From Pseudovirgaria hyperparasitica (taxonomy: Eukaryota): DNA of 64,000 nt. A program made the translations under genes and the position numbers. Of the stretch, positions 1 through 12,470 are shown piece after piece; within the stretch, counting starts at the first letter, position 1, and each line of letters begins with the position of its first letter. The stretch is from the NCBI GenBank assembly GCA_010093815.1, contig ML996577.1. The stretch is one strand, 5' to 3'. Under the pieces are notes generated by a model that saw only the letters and a list, made by a program, of their open reading frames with translations, was not told the DNA's origin and searched no databases.

Positions 1-343
1 GCGAAGCTTTGCTCACGAGCTAGTGGCAAAAGTACGGTTGCAGGGCGTGAAGGAGTGATCCTGATAGAGAGAGCCCAGCTAGCGAGATATATTAACGAGG
101 TGAAGAGGATTAGAATGGGATGGGACAGGGTGGCTGAAATAAAATCGAGATGAAGGGTTTGTACAGGACCGCGAAAGTAGGTGTACAAGGAAAGCGCGAC
201 GAGCCGGCTGGGGCTACACGTGACCCTGAAACAGTGGATACCTCCATCCCTCTCTAGGTCGTCACCACCACCTCTGAAGTGTCAAAGCCATCGTTGAAGC
301 CATTGACCTTTCCACGGTGTCTCTCCGATCGTATACAGCTACC

Positions 344-1268
344 ATGGCTCTCCGACTATCTACAGCGAGGCCACTCGCATCAGCTGTGCGCTCTGCCTCG
401 ACGCGGACAGCCGCGAGGGCGTTTACGGCGTCGGCCTCACAATCTAAAGAACTCGCTGCCAACGCCAAAGACCTTGAAAACATGAGGGTACGCCTCCGTA
501 CCCCCTCCCAAACCTCAAAGATCAGCTAACCCTTCCATCTCCCAGTTCGCCCCTCGACCCGCGACAACCCAACTCAAAGTCCCAGTCCTCAACCCGGTCG
601 ACAAATACGCCTCCACCAACGCCCAGCTCCACACGTACGGCCAATATCTTCTCTCCTGCCTGCCCGCCTACATTCAACAATTTAGCGTGTGGAAAGACGA
701 GCTGACGCTCTACATCCCGCCGCAAGCTGTCATTCCGACATTTCAATTTCTCAAGAACCATACCCAGTGCGAGTATACCCAGATCAGCGACATCACGGCC
801 GTGGACTACCCTACCAAAGACCAGCGCTTTGAAGTCGTCTACAACATGCTATCTGTGCGACACAACAGCCGCATCCGCGTCAAGACGTACGCGGACGAAT
901 CGACCCCGGTACCCTCACTCTGTGGCTTGTACGATGGCGCGAACTGGTATGAGCGCGAGGTCTACGATCTCTTTGGCGTTTTCTTCTCGGGGCACCCGGA
1001 TCTGCGGCGTATCATGACGGATTACGGTTTCGATGGGCATCCGCTGCGCAAAGACTTCCCGATGACTGGATATACGGAAATTCGCTGGGATGAGGAGAAG
1101 AAGAGGATAGTAGTTGAACCGCTCGAAATGACACAGGCGTACCGCAACTTCCGTGGTGGTTCAACGGCTTGGGAACCTGTAGGGCCGGGCGAGGACAGGA
1201 AACCCGATGCATTCAAGCTGCCTACGCCTAAGCCGGAGCCCCCCAAGGAAGAAGAGAAGAAGAAGTAG
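344..1268 (+). CDS. NDUFS3: Mitochondrial NADH:ubiquinone oxidoreductase 30 kDa subunit (NDUFS3/NuoC family); join(344..487,546..1268)
   Basis: Arg/Ala/Ser-rich presequence MALRLSTARP. Intron GTACGC..GCTAAC..CAG splices in frame. Signature WYEREVYDLFGVFFSGHPDLRRIMTDYGFDGHPLRKDFP. Confidence 0.97.
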
Positions 1269-1810
1269 ATTGGCACATGTAAGACAGGGGTTGTATATAA
1301 ATGTATACCAGATTCAACGTGCATTTCATATGTCTAAGGTTCGCTTCTTACTGCTCTAAAATCTATCGTGAAGCCTTTGTACGTTTCAACTCGCGCAGCG
1401 GCGCAGTAGATAGACACGCATATCCCACCAGTATACCTCTGTGCAAGACTTCTCTCATTCCGACGGCCTCTGTCCTTGTCAGTGCAATTTGACATTGATC
1501 CCTGTGCCTGAGAGCCCATTCCGGTACGCCATCTACGCAAAATACATAAATCTGTGCGAAAAGCAAAACCAAGATACTGCGTGCGAGGCCAGAAGCATTT
1601 TAAGCTCTCTGGCTGTGCTACGTTGATGCAGAACGCTGAGAACAGACAGCAAAAAGTGCGAAGAATCGTGAATTTGAAAATGTTTCGTTTGCGTTTTGTT
1701 TTGTGGTATGCACGGCCCTTCGATGCGCGATTCTTTGAAGATTCTTGATCGTCTTTTAAGCCCAATATATAGTCCTCGTTCGACCAGAGAACTCTTGACC
1801 CCCATCACAT

Positions 1811-4608
1811 TTATAGCCATGGCGATCTCGTCGTTGACCCCCCACGTCTTCGATCAAGTCCCGCAGTGCCACTAGCTGTACCACCTCTTCCTTCTTCAAC
1901 ACTTCTCCTCGTCGCGTTCCCGATTTCACTCATGTCGAACAACAACGGCTCGTCGTCATCCAACGCATGCCCGGCACGTGAACTGAAGCTGTAACGACTA
2001 CTCCGTGTTGTAACTCCACGCGTGTAGCTTCCCCTACTGCGTAGCGCTGGACCGGTACGATGCTCGGTTTCGCCGTCTTGACTCGTAGGTAGAACGACGT
2101 TACGTGGGACTGTGCGTTCGTCACTCGCGTCAGCGCTTGCTTGGTGCGCTGCCGCCGGGCTGGATTCATGATGTTGGAGAAGTTCGCTGAGGCTGAGATG
2201 AGGCCCTTCTTCAGCGGGCACGCTGGCGCTGCGTAGGCCGTAAATGTCCGCGTCGTCTTCGAGCGTGCGCTGTTGTTGAGCTGCAGAGCTAGAGCGGCGT
2301 ATATAGGGCCAAGCGCGAGGCGAAGTTGGGATGTCGATGGCTTCGGACGCACCAGGCGGCGGATCAGCTTCCTCTTCTGGTCGGGATGTAGATGGATTGA
2401 TTGGTCGGGGGATGACACGGCCTCGTGAGCGGGAGCGGTGGGGCTGGTCGTAGTCGGCGACACTGTTAGCAGATAATCGAGAGGGTATGGCGGGTGTATG
2501 AGGGGTGTGCGGCGAGATCGGTTTCCCAGGTGATGAGGAAGTTGACACGGAGGTACCTGCGATCATTGGAGGGACAGAAGACAGTTGTCGGCTTGACGAT
2601 GATGATGACCTGTGAAGGAGGAGTGACGAGGACATTGAGTCCGAGAGCACAGCATTCGAGTCGCGCATTTTCTGATAGGTTGACAATGCGGCAGTGGTCC
2701 TACGCATTGCTGCGTCGCGAGATGCCGAGTCACGACGATTGAAGCTTCGTAGGTCTTTCTTGGAATCAAGAAGTTTGAGAAAATCGGATATGTTCTCATC
2801 ATCTGTTTGCATGGACCCAGAGCTTCCACCTTCACCCTCATTCATCATACTGGATCCAGGCTGGGCGGACGAAACACTGGCTTTCCCGCTGCTGATGTTA
2901 TCATCTTCAGTCTTCGAGCCGCCGCCAGATGAGAACTTGCTTCTTCGATGTCCGAAACTGCTACTATATCTGTTTATTGGTGCTGGTTTTGGGGATCCTG
3001 ATGCTGACGATGCGATGGCGGTTTCATTTGGTAGTGACGGCGTTCTAAGCGCGGTCTGGGGCAACGCAGTGAGGGATGTCCTGTTTCTTGGTTGAGTGTA
3101 CGGCGCAGCACTCGTCCCTCGACCTACTGAACTGCTAGGCGAATGGAGCACAGGGGTACCGATGGCAGGCGAGGACGATAGAGATCCTGCCTTGAAGGCC
3201 TGGAATGATACTGAGGGTCGGCGAGTTCCAACCCCGCCCGCCCGTAGGGATGATCTCCGCTCTGGACCTGGATGGAGGGTTGTGGGTTCTCTCGGTGAAG
3301 CCTCTACGGGCGACCTCGAAGGCTGATCTCTAACAGCCCGAAGAGCGGATATTGGGCTTGAGCCAGCAGGACCAACCTGATGGAACGTGGACATGCTTCC
3401 ATAAGCCTGGCTGCGATCTGGCTGATCTTGTTGATTAGCTCGGTTCACAGGTAAAGAGCCAGGTACGGCGCTTTGCTCGTTGCCGGCGTGTCCCAGTGAA
3501 GGCTTGAAGTAGTTATCGTCCAGACCCATGAACTGTGAGCTCAGGAGTGATTCCTGATCGTCAACACGTAAATCGCAGTCCACCCTAAATACCACGGAAA
3601 TGCTCAAGGGTCCAATAGGGGAGTTTGAGGGCGCGAATGTTTGTGTCTCAACAACAGGCTCAGATGTTTCATAAAGAGGGATATGCAGAGTGTCTCGCCT
3701 CGGATGCTTAAAGATATCGTTGGATATCCGGTACCGTAGCTTGAGCCCGCCATGAGCACCAGCTTGTCTCTTAAAATATTTGTATGCCGGAAGCATATGT
3801 GTCACCGTGAACAATGATCTGAACAAGACAACTGCCTTTTTGTAGACATTCGGCAAAGGATCCCTGAGAGATGCTGGGGACGCAGTCTCCTTATCCTTTA
3901 CCTCAACGATCCATCGCTCCAAGAGAAGCTGTGTCACTCTTTCGTTCCGTTTAGGCAACGGTGAATGCGGAGACATGGGTTGATTGAGCATCTCTCCTAC
4001 GTTCCATCGTTTTCCTCGATCATCATTTGCTACGAGTATTTGTTTGTTGCCAAGGTCTTTCAAATCGACATAGGTCTCGATGCAAAGCCGAGGAGGGAGC
4101 TCGTTTAGGATGTCCAGGCCTTTCCAGTCTGCCAGACTCTCAGAAAGAGCGTCAGTGTCATCGACAACGATGTTGAACTACGCAGATGTTAGATTTAAGT
4201 ACTCGATGGACTTAAATAGAGCGCACTGACCCATTTGTTCTGTTTTACGTTGCCATCCTGGTTCATACTCTGGGGTAGCACTGCTCTAGCAGACACTATT
4301 AGTAAGGCTGCTTTATTAAAGAACTGCTGTATGCAAGTTAGTTAAAGGTCAGTCATGGACAGCATGGCATAGTCTACCTGGATGACTTGTCTGACCCTGG
4401 TGAGATCCTTCTTTTCATTCTCCGAGAGTCTATCACCAGTCTCGTCTGAGCGTATATCTTCATCATCGTCTCTATTTGGGTATGGTGAATGTTCGGTAGG
4501 AGACATGTTATGATTTGTATCCCTTGGATTGTTGGTCCTGGTAGGGTTGGTTTGTGGATTGGTCGCAGCCGAAGCTGACCTCGGTGGATGTCGAGGTTGC
4601 TGATGCAT
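1811..4608 (-). CDS. ATG13: Autophagy-related protein 13; complement(join(1811..4177,4231..4326,4378..4608))
   Basis: Spliced N-terminal HORMA-like region (QFFNKAALLIVSAR..KW/FNIVVDDTD..LLLERW..LPNVYKKAVVLFRSL), followed by a long Ser-rich disordered tail with DDENISDFLKLLD and DDDEPLLFDMSE motifs typical of fungal Atg13. Both introns are canonical; the first acceptor is a NAGNAG. Confidence 0.93.
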
Positions 4609-6012
4609 GGTGGGACGATAACAATGAAGTTGTATGGCAGAGCTATCGAACCGGTGTGAAATGATATGTCTCGTTGTGTATTGTGAATGGTTATGGTCGT
4701 AGTATCAAATAAGCGATAGGCAAACGTCCAGACACTCCATGACGAGCTGCGAGGACGAGTGGAGGACACAAGAAGGTATGCAATCAGCACAGGTACTGTG
4801 GAGGAGTAGCAGAAGATGCAAATATGGCAGAGCTGGCGATTACGAGCTCAGGCAGCAGCAACGACAGGCGTCTGATGAAGCTGTAGGGATGCCTCAGGAC
4901 TCGGAGATAAGGGTGGAGCTATGGCAGAGAGGCGGGTAGAAGAGGGCAGTCGAACAGGACAAGCTGCCTAGATGAGAGTCAGTGATGAAAGTTGAGTGAG
5001 TAGAGAGGAGTGAAAGAGCATACAAGGTGGAGTGAGCAAGCGTGGAGATTAGGAGGTAGACATGGTGGTGGTGGTGGTGGTGTTGGTAGTGAGGATGGTG
5101 GTGTGCGCCGGGCAGGTGACTCTAAGAATGACGCTGGTGGATGGGAGCTCACGCGGAAGATGTCCAGATGGTGATGGCGACGGCGACGCAGCACGAGCTT
5201 CGAGGTGAAGACGGCTACTACAACATACCCACGGCGGCGAAAGGGAGTAGGATGCGGAGGCACTGCAAGCCCGACGAGATGGCGATGCAGTCGGAGGAGG
5301 CGAAGGAGGCTTTGTTGATGTTAAGAGTTGCTACCCATGGCTAATCAATGGATGGATGGTTGATGGTCCATGGATGGATGAATGGATCCGTGCATTGGGT
5401 CCATGCACTGTTTTTGACCGGAAGCTTGTAAAACGAGCTTAATACCTAATAGTATTAGTGCCACCAACCCATCACTTAGTCGAGGCTGGAACTGCTGCAC
5501 CGGCACTACTAATCCCTCAGTTCAGTGGATATTAGTCTTATGTATTATATACACAGTTGCAGTCCATCATTCCATGGCCATTCCAATGGATATGATATAT
5601 ACAGCAACACTCCTTCTTTAGATCTGGCCATTTGCCAACCTTATCTTGTTTATTGCTTCCACGGAGCCCCTACCAAGCCCCTACTCATTGTGTCTTCCGA
5701 TACAATTTACTGGTCGTTAGCAAGATAGTAGAGCCCATCATCAGTCTACCATGTGCCGTCCTTAATTAGCACGCGTCATGTTCTGATCAACAGAGAACTT
5801 GAGTGTAGATAACCTAAATGTACGTAATCTTAGAGCGTGCTAGATTTAGATACTAAAGAGAGAACATTTAGCTCTAACATGTATATGAATAATATTAACA
5901 TAATCCAAGTATCTGTTCTTATATATAAGCTTTTACCTAATTTCATATAGTTCTAAGCGATATCTACAGTATCTCTTATCTAGTAGAGCCATATGGACCA
6001 ACTAGTTACGTG

Positions 6013-6057
6013 CCAGTAGCAAGTAGCAGTACCAGTAGCAGTACCAGTAGCAGTACC
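6013..6057. repeat. Short tandem repeat, ~12-bp unit (CCAGTAGCAGTA), 3-4 copies
   Basis: ccagtagcaagtagcagtaccagtagcagtaccagtagcagtacc read directly. Confidence 0.8.
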
Positions 6058-6637
6058 CGTGTCACTCTCACTCGCAGATTAGGAGCATTGGGTAAACATC
6101 CCGGGCCAAGCCGGAAGCGCATACCACCGTTTGGTAGATGTTTCTATCCTCGCCCTCGGTCCCACGAGCTTGAGTCGCGCATCGGACGCGTCCTAGCCAT
6201 GCATTTTGAATATAGTAATGTCAGACGCGTCGCTCTCATTGATGTCGTGACATAAGCTCTGTCTATACAGCATAGAGCATCGTGGCTAGACCCGCCACTC
6301 TCGCTGGCCCAGAAGACGGGCAGAAGAGGGGGTGAAGAGGGGTCAGCAGATAATGAGGCTCGACGTCGGTGGAGGGAATGGTGCAAATTGAAGCCTCTCT
6401 TCATAGCAATGCTGCGAACGCCCCGAGACCCTGACGTCTGATTGGCTACAGTCTCGTAATTGAAGCCACCTCACCTATCAACCCAGGCATCATTCACTGT
6501 GATTCATCTGCTCACTATAACATTGTCTCTATCCCCCTCTTCACTCTCTGTGCTGTACTTAGCAATTGCAAACCTCGCACCCATTGCAACCATCGCGCAC
6601 ACAGCTAAGGAAGCACACATATCCCACTTGCCCCGCT

Positions 6638-6651
6638 TGACTCATGAGTCA
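6638..6651. promoter_or_regulatory. Back-to-back AP-1/Gcn4(CpcA)-type sites, perfect palindrome TGACTCATGAGTCA
   Basis: Two TGACTCA/TGAGTCA heptamers abut in the divergent ATG13/BTB-gene intergenic region. Confidence 0.5.
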
Positions 6652-7029
6652 CTCAAGCCGAGAGCTCTGCGTCATCGACATCCACGCGTCTGCAAACATC
6701 TTCTCTGCAAAATATCATATTCTCAATATTACCTAACTCCTGTTGACATTTGTCTGCTACAGTGTCCCATCTTCCGCTTCTCCAGTCCCAACGTCCTCGA
6801 AACCTATCCTCTCCGCTTGCGCTCCATCTCTTTTGCGACCCCTCCTTCCTCTGCGCACACGTTCGCCACCCTACAATTCCCTCGGCGTCCGCGCTTGTGC
6901 GGTTGCGCATTTCTACCAGGGGCGCTCGTAGGCTTCACTCATCGCCTTTGAACAAGCTTTGGCCCCGTGCGTGGTCATAGCGAGGCGTACTTGTGAAGCT
7001 CTTCGTATCTCTCTGATCCAACTCTGCAT

Positions 7030-10000
7030 ATGAGCGGCTATCTGTGGAAGTATTACTTCGAAGACAACGTCGATGCATTTCGGCAATTGCTGGAAGTATC
7101 CAGCTATAATGTGCGGGCCAACACATCGAAAGCATCTCCGCTCGCGCAGGGTCATGCCCTAGGAAGTCCTGGGAGTCTAGGGACTTCCCCAACTTTGCTC
7201 TCCAAGCTGAGAAGAGTGGTACCATCTGGAACAACCTCGTTGACACGAGCCGACATCAATTCCAAAGATTCTCTAGGTCTTACAATTCTCCACTATGCTG
7301 CCTCATCTCCATCCCCGAACGCGCCGAACTTCGCGCTCGCCTTACTGGAACACCCCCTAACAGACTTGTACAGTCAAGATCTTGAGAATGGTTGGACAGC
7401 GCTGCACCGCGCTTTCTACTTCGGCAACGTGGCAATCGCACGATTGATACTGGAACGAGAGAGACGACAGCTGTTAGGCCACGGCGGACATAGCTCTCAA
7501 GCCAGAGGCCTTATCAAGATAAAAGACAAGGAGGGAAATGGCCCGTTTGACCTTTTTGCATTATCCATCCAAGACCGCTTGATACATCATGAGGAGCTAG
7601 AGAAGGATGATGCTGGAAGTGGAAACGAGGCCGAAGATTACGATTCCAAAGGAGGTGATGACGATGATGCTGATGATGGGTTTCGCAAGGCTCGTGTACG
7701 GCCACAGATCAACATCGGCGGCGATGGCGTCTTCACTTTTGGCAGTAACAAAAACGTGACACTTGGCTTCGGAGACGAGGATGACCGTCAGTATCCCGAG
7801 AGGATCAATATTCGGAGACCCGACCACCTCTTGCAGCGCTTCCACCGCGAACACCTAGAAAAGAACCTCAACCGCAGGGATGGGATACACAGTAGCGCCA
7901 CCGATGCGGATTATTCCGCACAGTTGAATGCTCTTCCGATTACCTCCTTACCTACTACTGTACGGGCAACCCCATTGACTATACTGGACGTTCAAATGTC
8001 AAAATTACATACTGCTGTTCTGACGACAGATCCGGAATCGAACTTGTACATGTGTGGGCATGGTCCTGGAGGTCGTTTGGGCACTGGTTCTGAAACTACA
8101 AGGTTTCAATTTGCTTGTATCGAAGGAGGTGCACTTGCTGGTAAACGTGTTGTCACTGTCGCATTGGGCCAGAACCATTCTCTTGCGCTTTCATCAGATG
8201 GCGAGATGTTTTCTTGGGGTAGCAATTTACATGGCCAGCTCGGCTACTCGCTTCCAAAATCAACTGTTAAGGATGAAGAGCCGATTCAGTCATTGCCGCG
8301 ACAAATATTTGGTATATTGAAAAAAGAGTTGATCATCGGGACAGCAGCTTCCAGAATCCATTCGGTAGCACACACATCTACGTCTCTGTATACTTGGGGC
8401 AAGAATGAAGGTCAGCTGGGAATAATCGATTCTGATGCCCGTTCATTGGAGACGCAGACAACGCCAAGGAAGATTGCGGCCTCGCTGTTCGCTGCCAATA
8501 TTAATTCCGTGACCGCTCACGATAAAGCAACCGTGGTGCTCCTGGAGAACCATGATGTTTGGGTGTTTGCAAATTATGGATACTCTAAAATCCTATTTCC
8601 ACTCGATGGCTTTGCAAATTATTTTTTGAAGGCTAGTTTTCTGACCACAAAGTACGAGAAGACCCCAAACAGGATTGTTAAAATCACCGCAGCTGGTGAC
8701 TCAATTTGCGCCCTTTCAAGTTCTGGAGAAATATTCACAGTCGTTGTGAAATCGGACCCTGCTCAGGATACAGGCACTTCGACCACGAACCCAATGAAAA
8801 TTCGGAGTTCTTTGTCAATGCCGATATGCGTATGGTCCGCAAAGAAGAAACACATGGCTGCAAGAGATGTAGCTGTTGATCAAGATGGATCGATCATTCT
8901 GACAACGGAGGCCGGTGGTGTTTGGAGACGAAGCAAGAGAGCGAAGATCAAGGACGCTACAGCATCTGGCACGGGAGAATACAAGCCCAAAGATTACAAA
9001 TTCGCACGTATACCCGGACTGACACGTGTATATGCGGTGCGTGCTTCTTCACATGGTGCCTATGCGGCCATTCGCAGAGATCCAGATGTCACACGCTGTC
9101 AGATCGAAGTTGCAGACCCAACTCTATGGAATGATATGAGCTCTCTTCTGGTCTTCTATAGTCTGGCTACGAAGGAGGAGGACTCAGATGAGGAATTGCC
9201 TATGCCCCGGTTTTGGAGGCGGCCAAATCATTCCGACATGCTGCAACGAAGGGCGTTGGTATCAGAGGATCTGGAAAACGATATTGCGCAACTTTCTGAA
9301 ATTAGGTCTGCCAGTGAAAACCTGCTATATGACGCCAAAATATCGAGCTCTACATCGGATATTGTGATACCTGTACATCAATTCATCCTTGCTGGTCGCA
9401 GCAAAGTGTTGCGTGATGCATTATCAGGGCTTACCGCCGATACTCCGTTTTCAATCTCAGATATGCTGAGCATGACAAAGGCTGCAGATGGCCGTGTTAC
9501 ACTCCAGTTACTGTCTGTGGAGTTTCTCACTCTGTTCAACCTCACTCTCTACCTGTATACTGACACGATTGTGAGCTTTTGGCAATTTGCACGACAATAC
9601 CCAAAGCAAGCATTCCGCTATCGTCAGGTACGGGTGGAGCTCATGAAAGTTGCATCTCGACTTGAACTTCGACAACTCGAGCCAGCTGTCCGTCTGCAGG
9701 TATCGCCTAGGCCGATTATGAACTTCGACTTTGAGCTTGCGCTCAAACAGCCATCTTTCTTCGACAATGGTGATGTCGCCATCCAACTATCAGACGGCGA
9801 GATCCTAGTGCATAGCGCATTGCTATGCCAGAGATGTCCCTTCTTTGAAGCCATGTTCAATGGTCGTGCTGGCGGCATGTGGCTGGCAGACAGAAGAGGA
9901 CCGTCAGCAACCATCGATGTGGATCTGAAACATGTTAGCAAGAGTGTCTTTCAGCTCGTTTTGCGCCATATCTACGCTGATTCAGAAGAAGAGATCTTTA

Positions 10001-11950
10001 ATCACATCACAAGCGATGACTACAGCGATTACTTTGCCCTTGACGAGATGCTTGACCTTGCAATCGAGGTTATGGGTGTAGCTAATGAGTTAATGCTGAC
10101 TCGTCTGTCGCAAATCTGCCAAAAAGTAGTGGGTCGATATGGTATGAAAATCTTGTCTTCGATCAACAGTAATGCTAACAGAGTCAAAGTACACGTGAGA
10201 AATGTATGCTCGTTGCTCAACGCTATCGCCCCCTGTAGTGTGACGGGCTTCAAAAATGCCTCGCTTGAGTATATATGTCTTAATCTTGAGGCTATCCTAC
10301 AAAGCGGGTAAGCAAAGAATCTTACACATCAAAGTGTACAATCGCTTATGATTACTCAGGCTACTCGATGAACTTGAAGAAGACCTCATTCTCGAACTGG
10401 ATCAGGTTGTTCGTGACAACCAATTAGACTGCTTGCCTGTGGCACGGAGTGGTCGCGCGGATGCCCTGCTCATTGAGAGATATCCGGAACTAGCAGAACG
10501 CATTGACAAAGGAAAGCGAGCAAAGGTTGATGCAATTGTGCTGTCGAACAAGTTTGCCGACAATGAGGGGCGTTCGTCTCATTCGTTCCGGTCTCAGAGC
10601 CTGGAAGAGATTTCCACGACTCCCATGAAAAGCAAGTCCAGAAGAAAGTCGCACAGAGATGTACGAGCAGACGATGACTCTCCAGCCAACAGTCCAATGC
10701 TCAAAGGCAAACCATCGACAGAAATGTTCTTCGCTATGGATGATGAGGAAGCGGGCAATGGCGGTGCTACATCTTCCACTTCTCAGCGTGTGTCGCAACA
10801 TCAGAGCCCGGATCTTGGGGCGATACCGTTTTCTCTATCGCAGTCAAAATTGAGTATTGGCAGCCCTAGCCTTGATCTTGATAAGTCGCCCACGTTCACA
10901 CCAACTGTCCACCCTTCCGGCCGGCCTTGGGGTGCGGCACCGTTGGCATCTAAGAAGCTTGACATGAAAGATATCATGGCGCAGACTTCTTCATCCATGC
11001 AGTCTGGTATCTCGCTTGCATTGTCAAGTCAAGGTCGCCAAGACGACCGCCCAATTCGATCCTCGAATGCAAAGATGTCGCAAAAAGAAAGAAAGCGAAT
11101 GCAACAGAACTCTAAGCAGCAATTTTCGCCTGATATAGCAGCTACAACGAACTCTCCCACTCCGGACGCTGCGGCGTCACCTTGGTCAAATCCTAGAAAG
11201 GTATCGGCCTCGCAGCCTGATGTCCCTCGTCGCGTTAGCACGCCTCATCTCACGATGCGCCAAACTATTGCCAACCCTGGGCCTTCGTCCAAGATGCAGA
11301 CTTACGATACACCGCATACCAAGCGAAGTGTCTCAGGTTCCATTCAACCAAACACAAATATGCCTCAGCATCCAAAGCCAAATCCACCAACACCCTCATC
11401 ATCCACCCAACCAGTACTCACCCCACACTCCATCCGCCACACGCCACTCCCAGACCGCTCTAGCACGGCCCAGCCCCAGGCATCCATGCTCTCCATCCTC
11501 TCCCAACAGCAAGCCGAAAAAGACTACATCAATACACCCGAAAAGCGCAGCCTCCAAGAAATTCAACAAGAGCAAGAATTTCAAGCCTGGTGGGACGCGG
11601 AAAGTAAACGCGTCATTCAGGAAGAGAAGGACAGGGCGAGGAGAGAAAAGAGCAACGGCGCGAGGAGAGGCAGACCGAAAGTCAGGGGCGGCAAAGCGAA
11701 GAATGTAGTGCCAGACAGTAATGTCACGCAAGGCGAGACTTCTGCTCAGGCCGTAGCTGCAAAGCCGTCTGAGAAGGTGGTGCCAAAGAGCGCACGGGCG
11801 AAGGATGGGCAGAGCGTGAGAGGTGGTAGGGGTGCCCACCGGGGAAGAGGAGGCGGGAGACATACCGACTCGGACAGGGCCAAGGTGACCAAAGAGCGTG
11901 CGCGCCCTATAACGCAGCAGGATCATCCTCAGACGCCAAGCCGCACCTGA
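7030..11950 (+). CDS. Ankyrin-RCC1-BTB/POZ domain protein (S. pombe Btb1 / IBTK-like Cul3 adaptor); join(7030..10141,10190..10307,10360..11950)
   Basis: Ankyrin repeats (DSLGLTILHYAA, ENGWTALHRAFYFGN), RCC1 repeats (FTFGSNKNVTLG, FSWGSNLHGQLG), two BTB domains (IPVHQFILAGRS, VHSALLCQRCPFF) and C-terminal SLQEIQQEQEFQAWWD. Confidence 0.93.
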
Positions 11951-12470
11951 GCGTGTACACTATGCATTTGTATATATTGAAGAATACGAGCACATATGAT
12001 ACAAACACGAAGCTGCGCGGGGTAGCGGATATGTATTGATAGACACTAGAACTTGACTATAAAATAAGATACGTGTTTACTATATGCGTGATAATGAAAA
12101 CATAGCTGCTTTTAGTATTACTTTGAGAATCATAAGGATTAGCTCTACTTAATAGTGATATATACCATATTCTCTAATAGTTGATTAATAATAGATCGCA
12201 TAGTACATTTATACTGAAAAATATATAAAACCAGGAGACTGACTAACCCATCAATGATGATATTCCTGGTAGTGACATGTGTAGAATTTCATGTAGTGTT
12301 TAGGAAGAAATGACTGGGACAGAGTAGATAGAGTGATCGTGTTCTCCTAGTCTCTCATAGTCTATCTTTCATATATTATGTAAGTCACTTTGCAACTCTA
12401 CATACGAGATATGTTGTGCTAGCTCACACCCTCCTCATATCACCTTACCCCGAGTCTCTCGAGACTTCGC

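Noticed and set aside
4979..5344. Short ORFs and (GGT)n/(ATGG)n runs upstream of ATG13
   Set aside because: Low-complexity, CT-rich leader or promoter sequence; the translations are not protein-like.
5905..5922. AAGTATCTGTTCTT resembling part of U2 snRNA
   Set aside because: The GTGTAGTA branch-pairing sequence, stem I and Sm site are absent.
6460..6951. 163-aa ORF upstream of the BTB gene
   Set aside because: TTG start, pyrimidine-rich leader composition and no recognisable domain.
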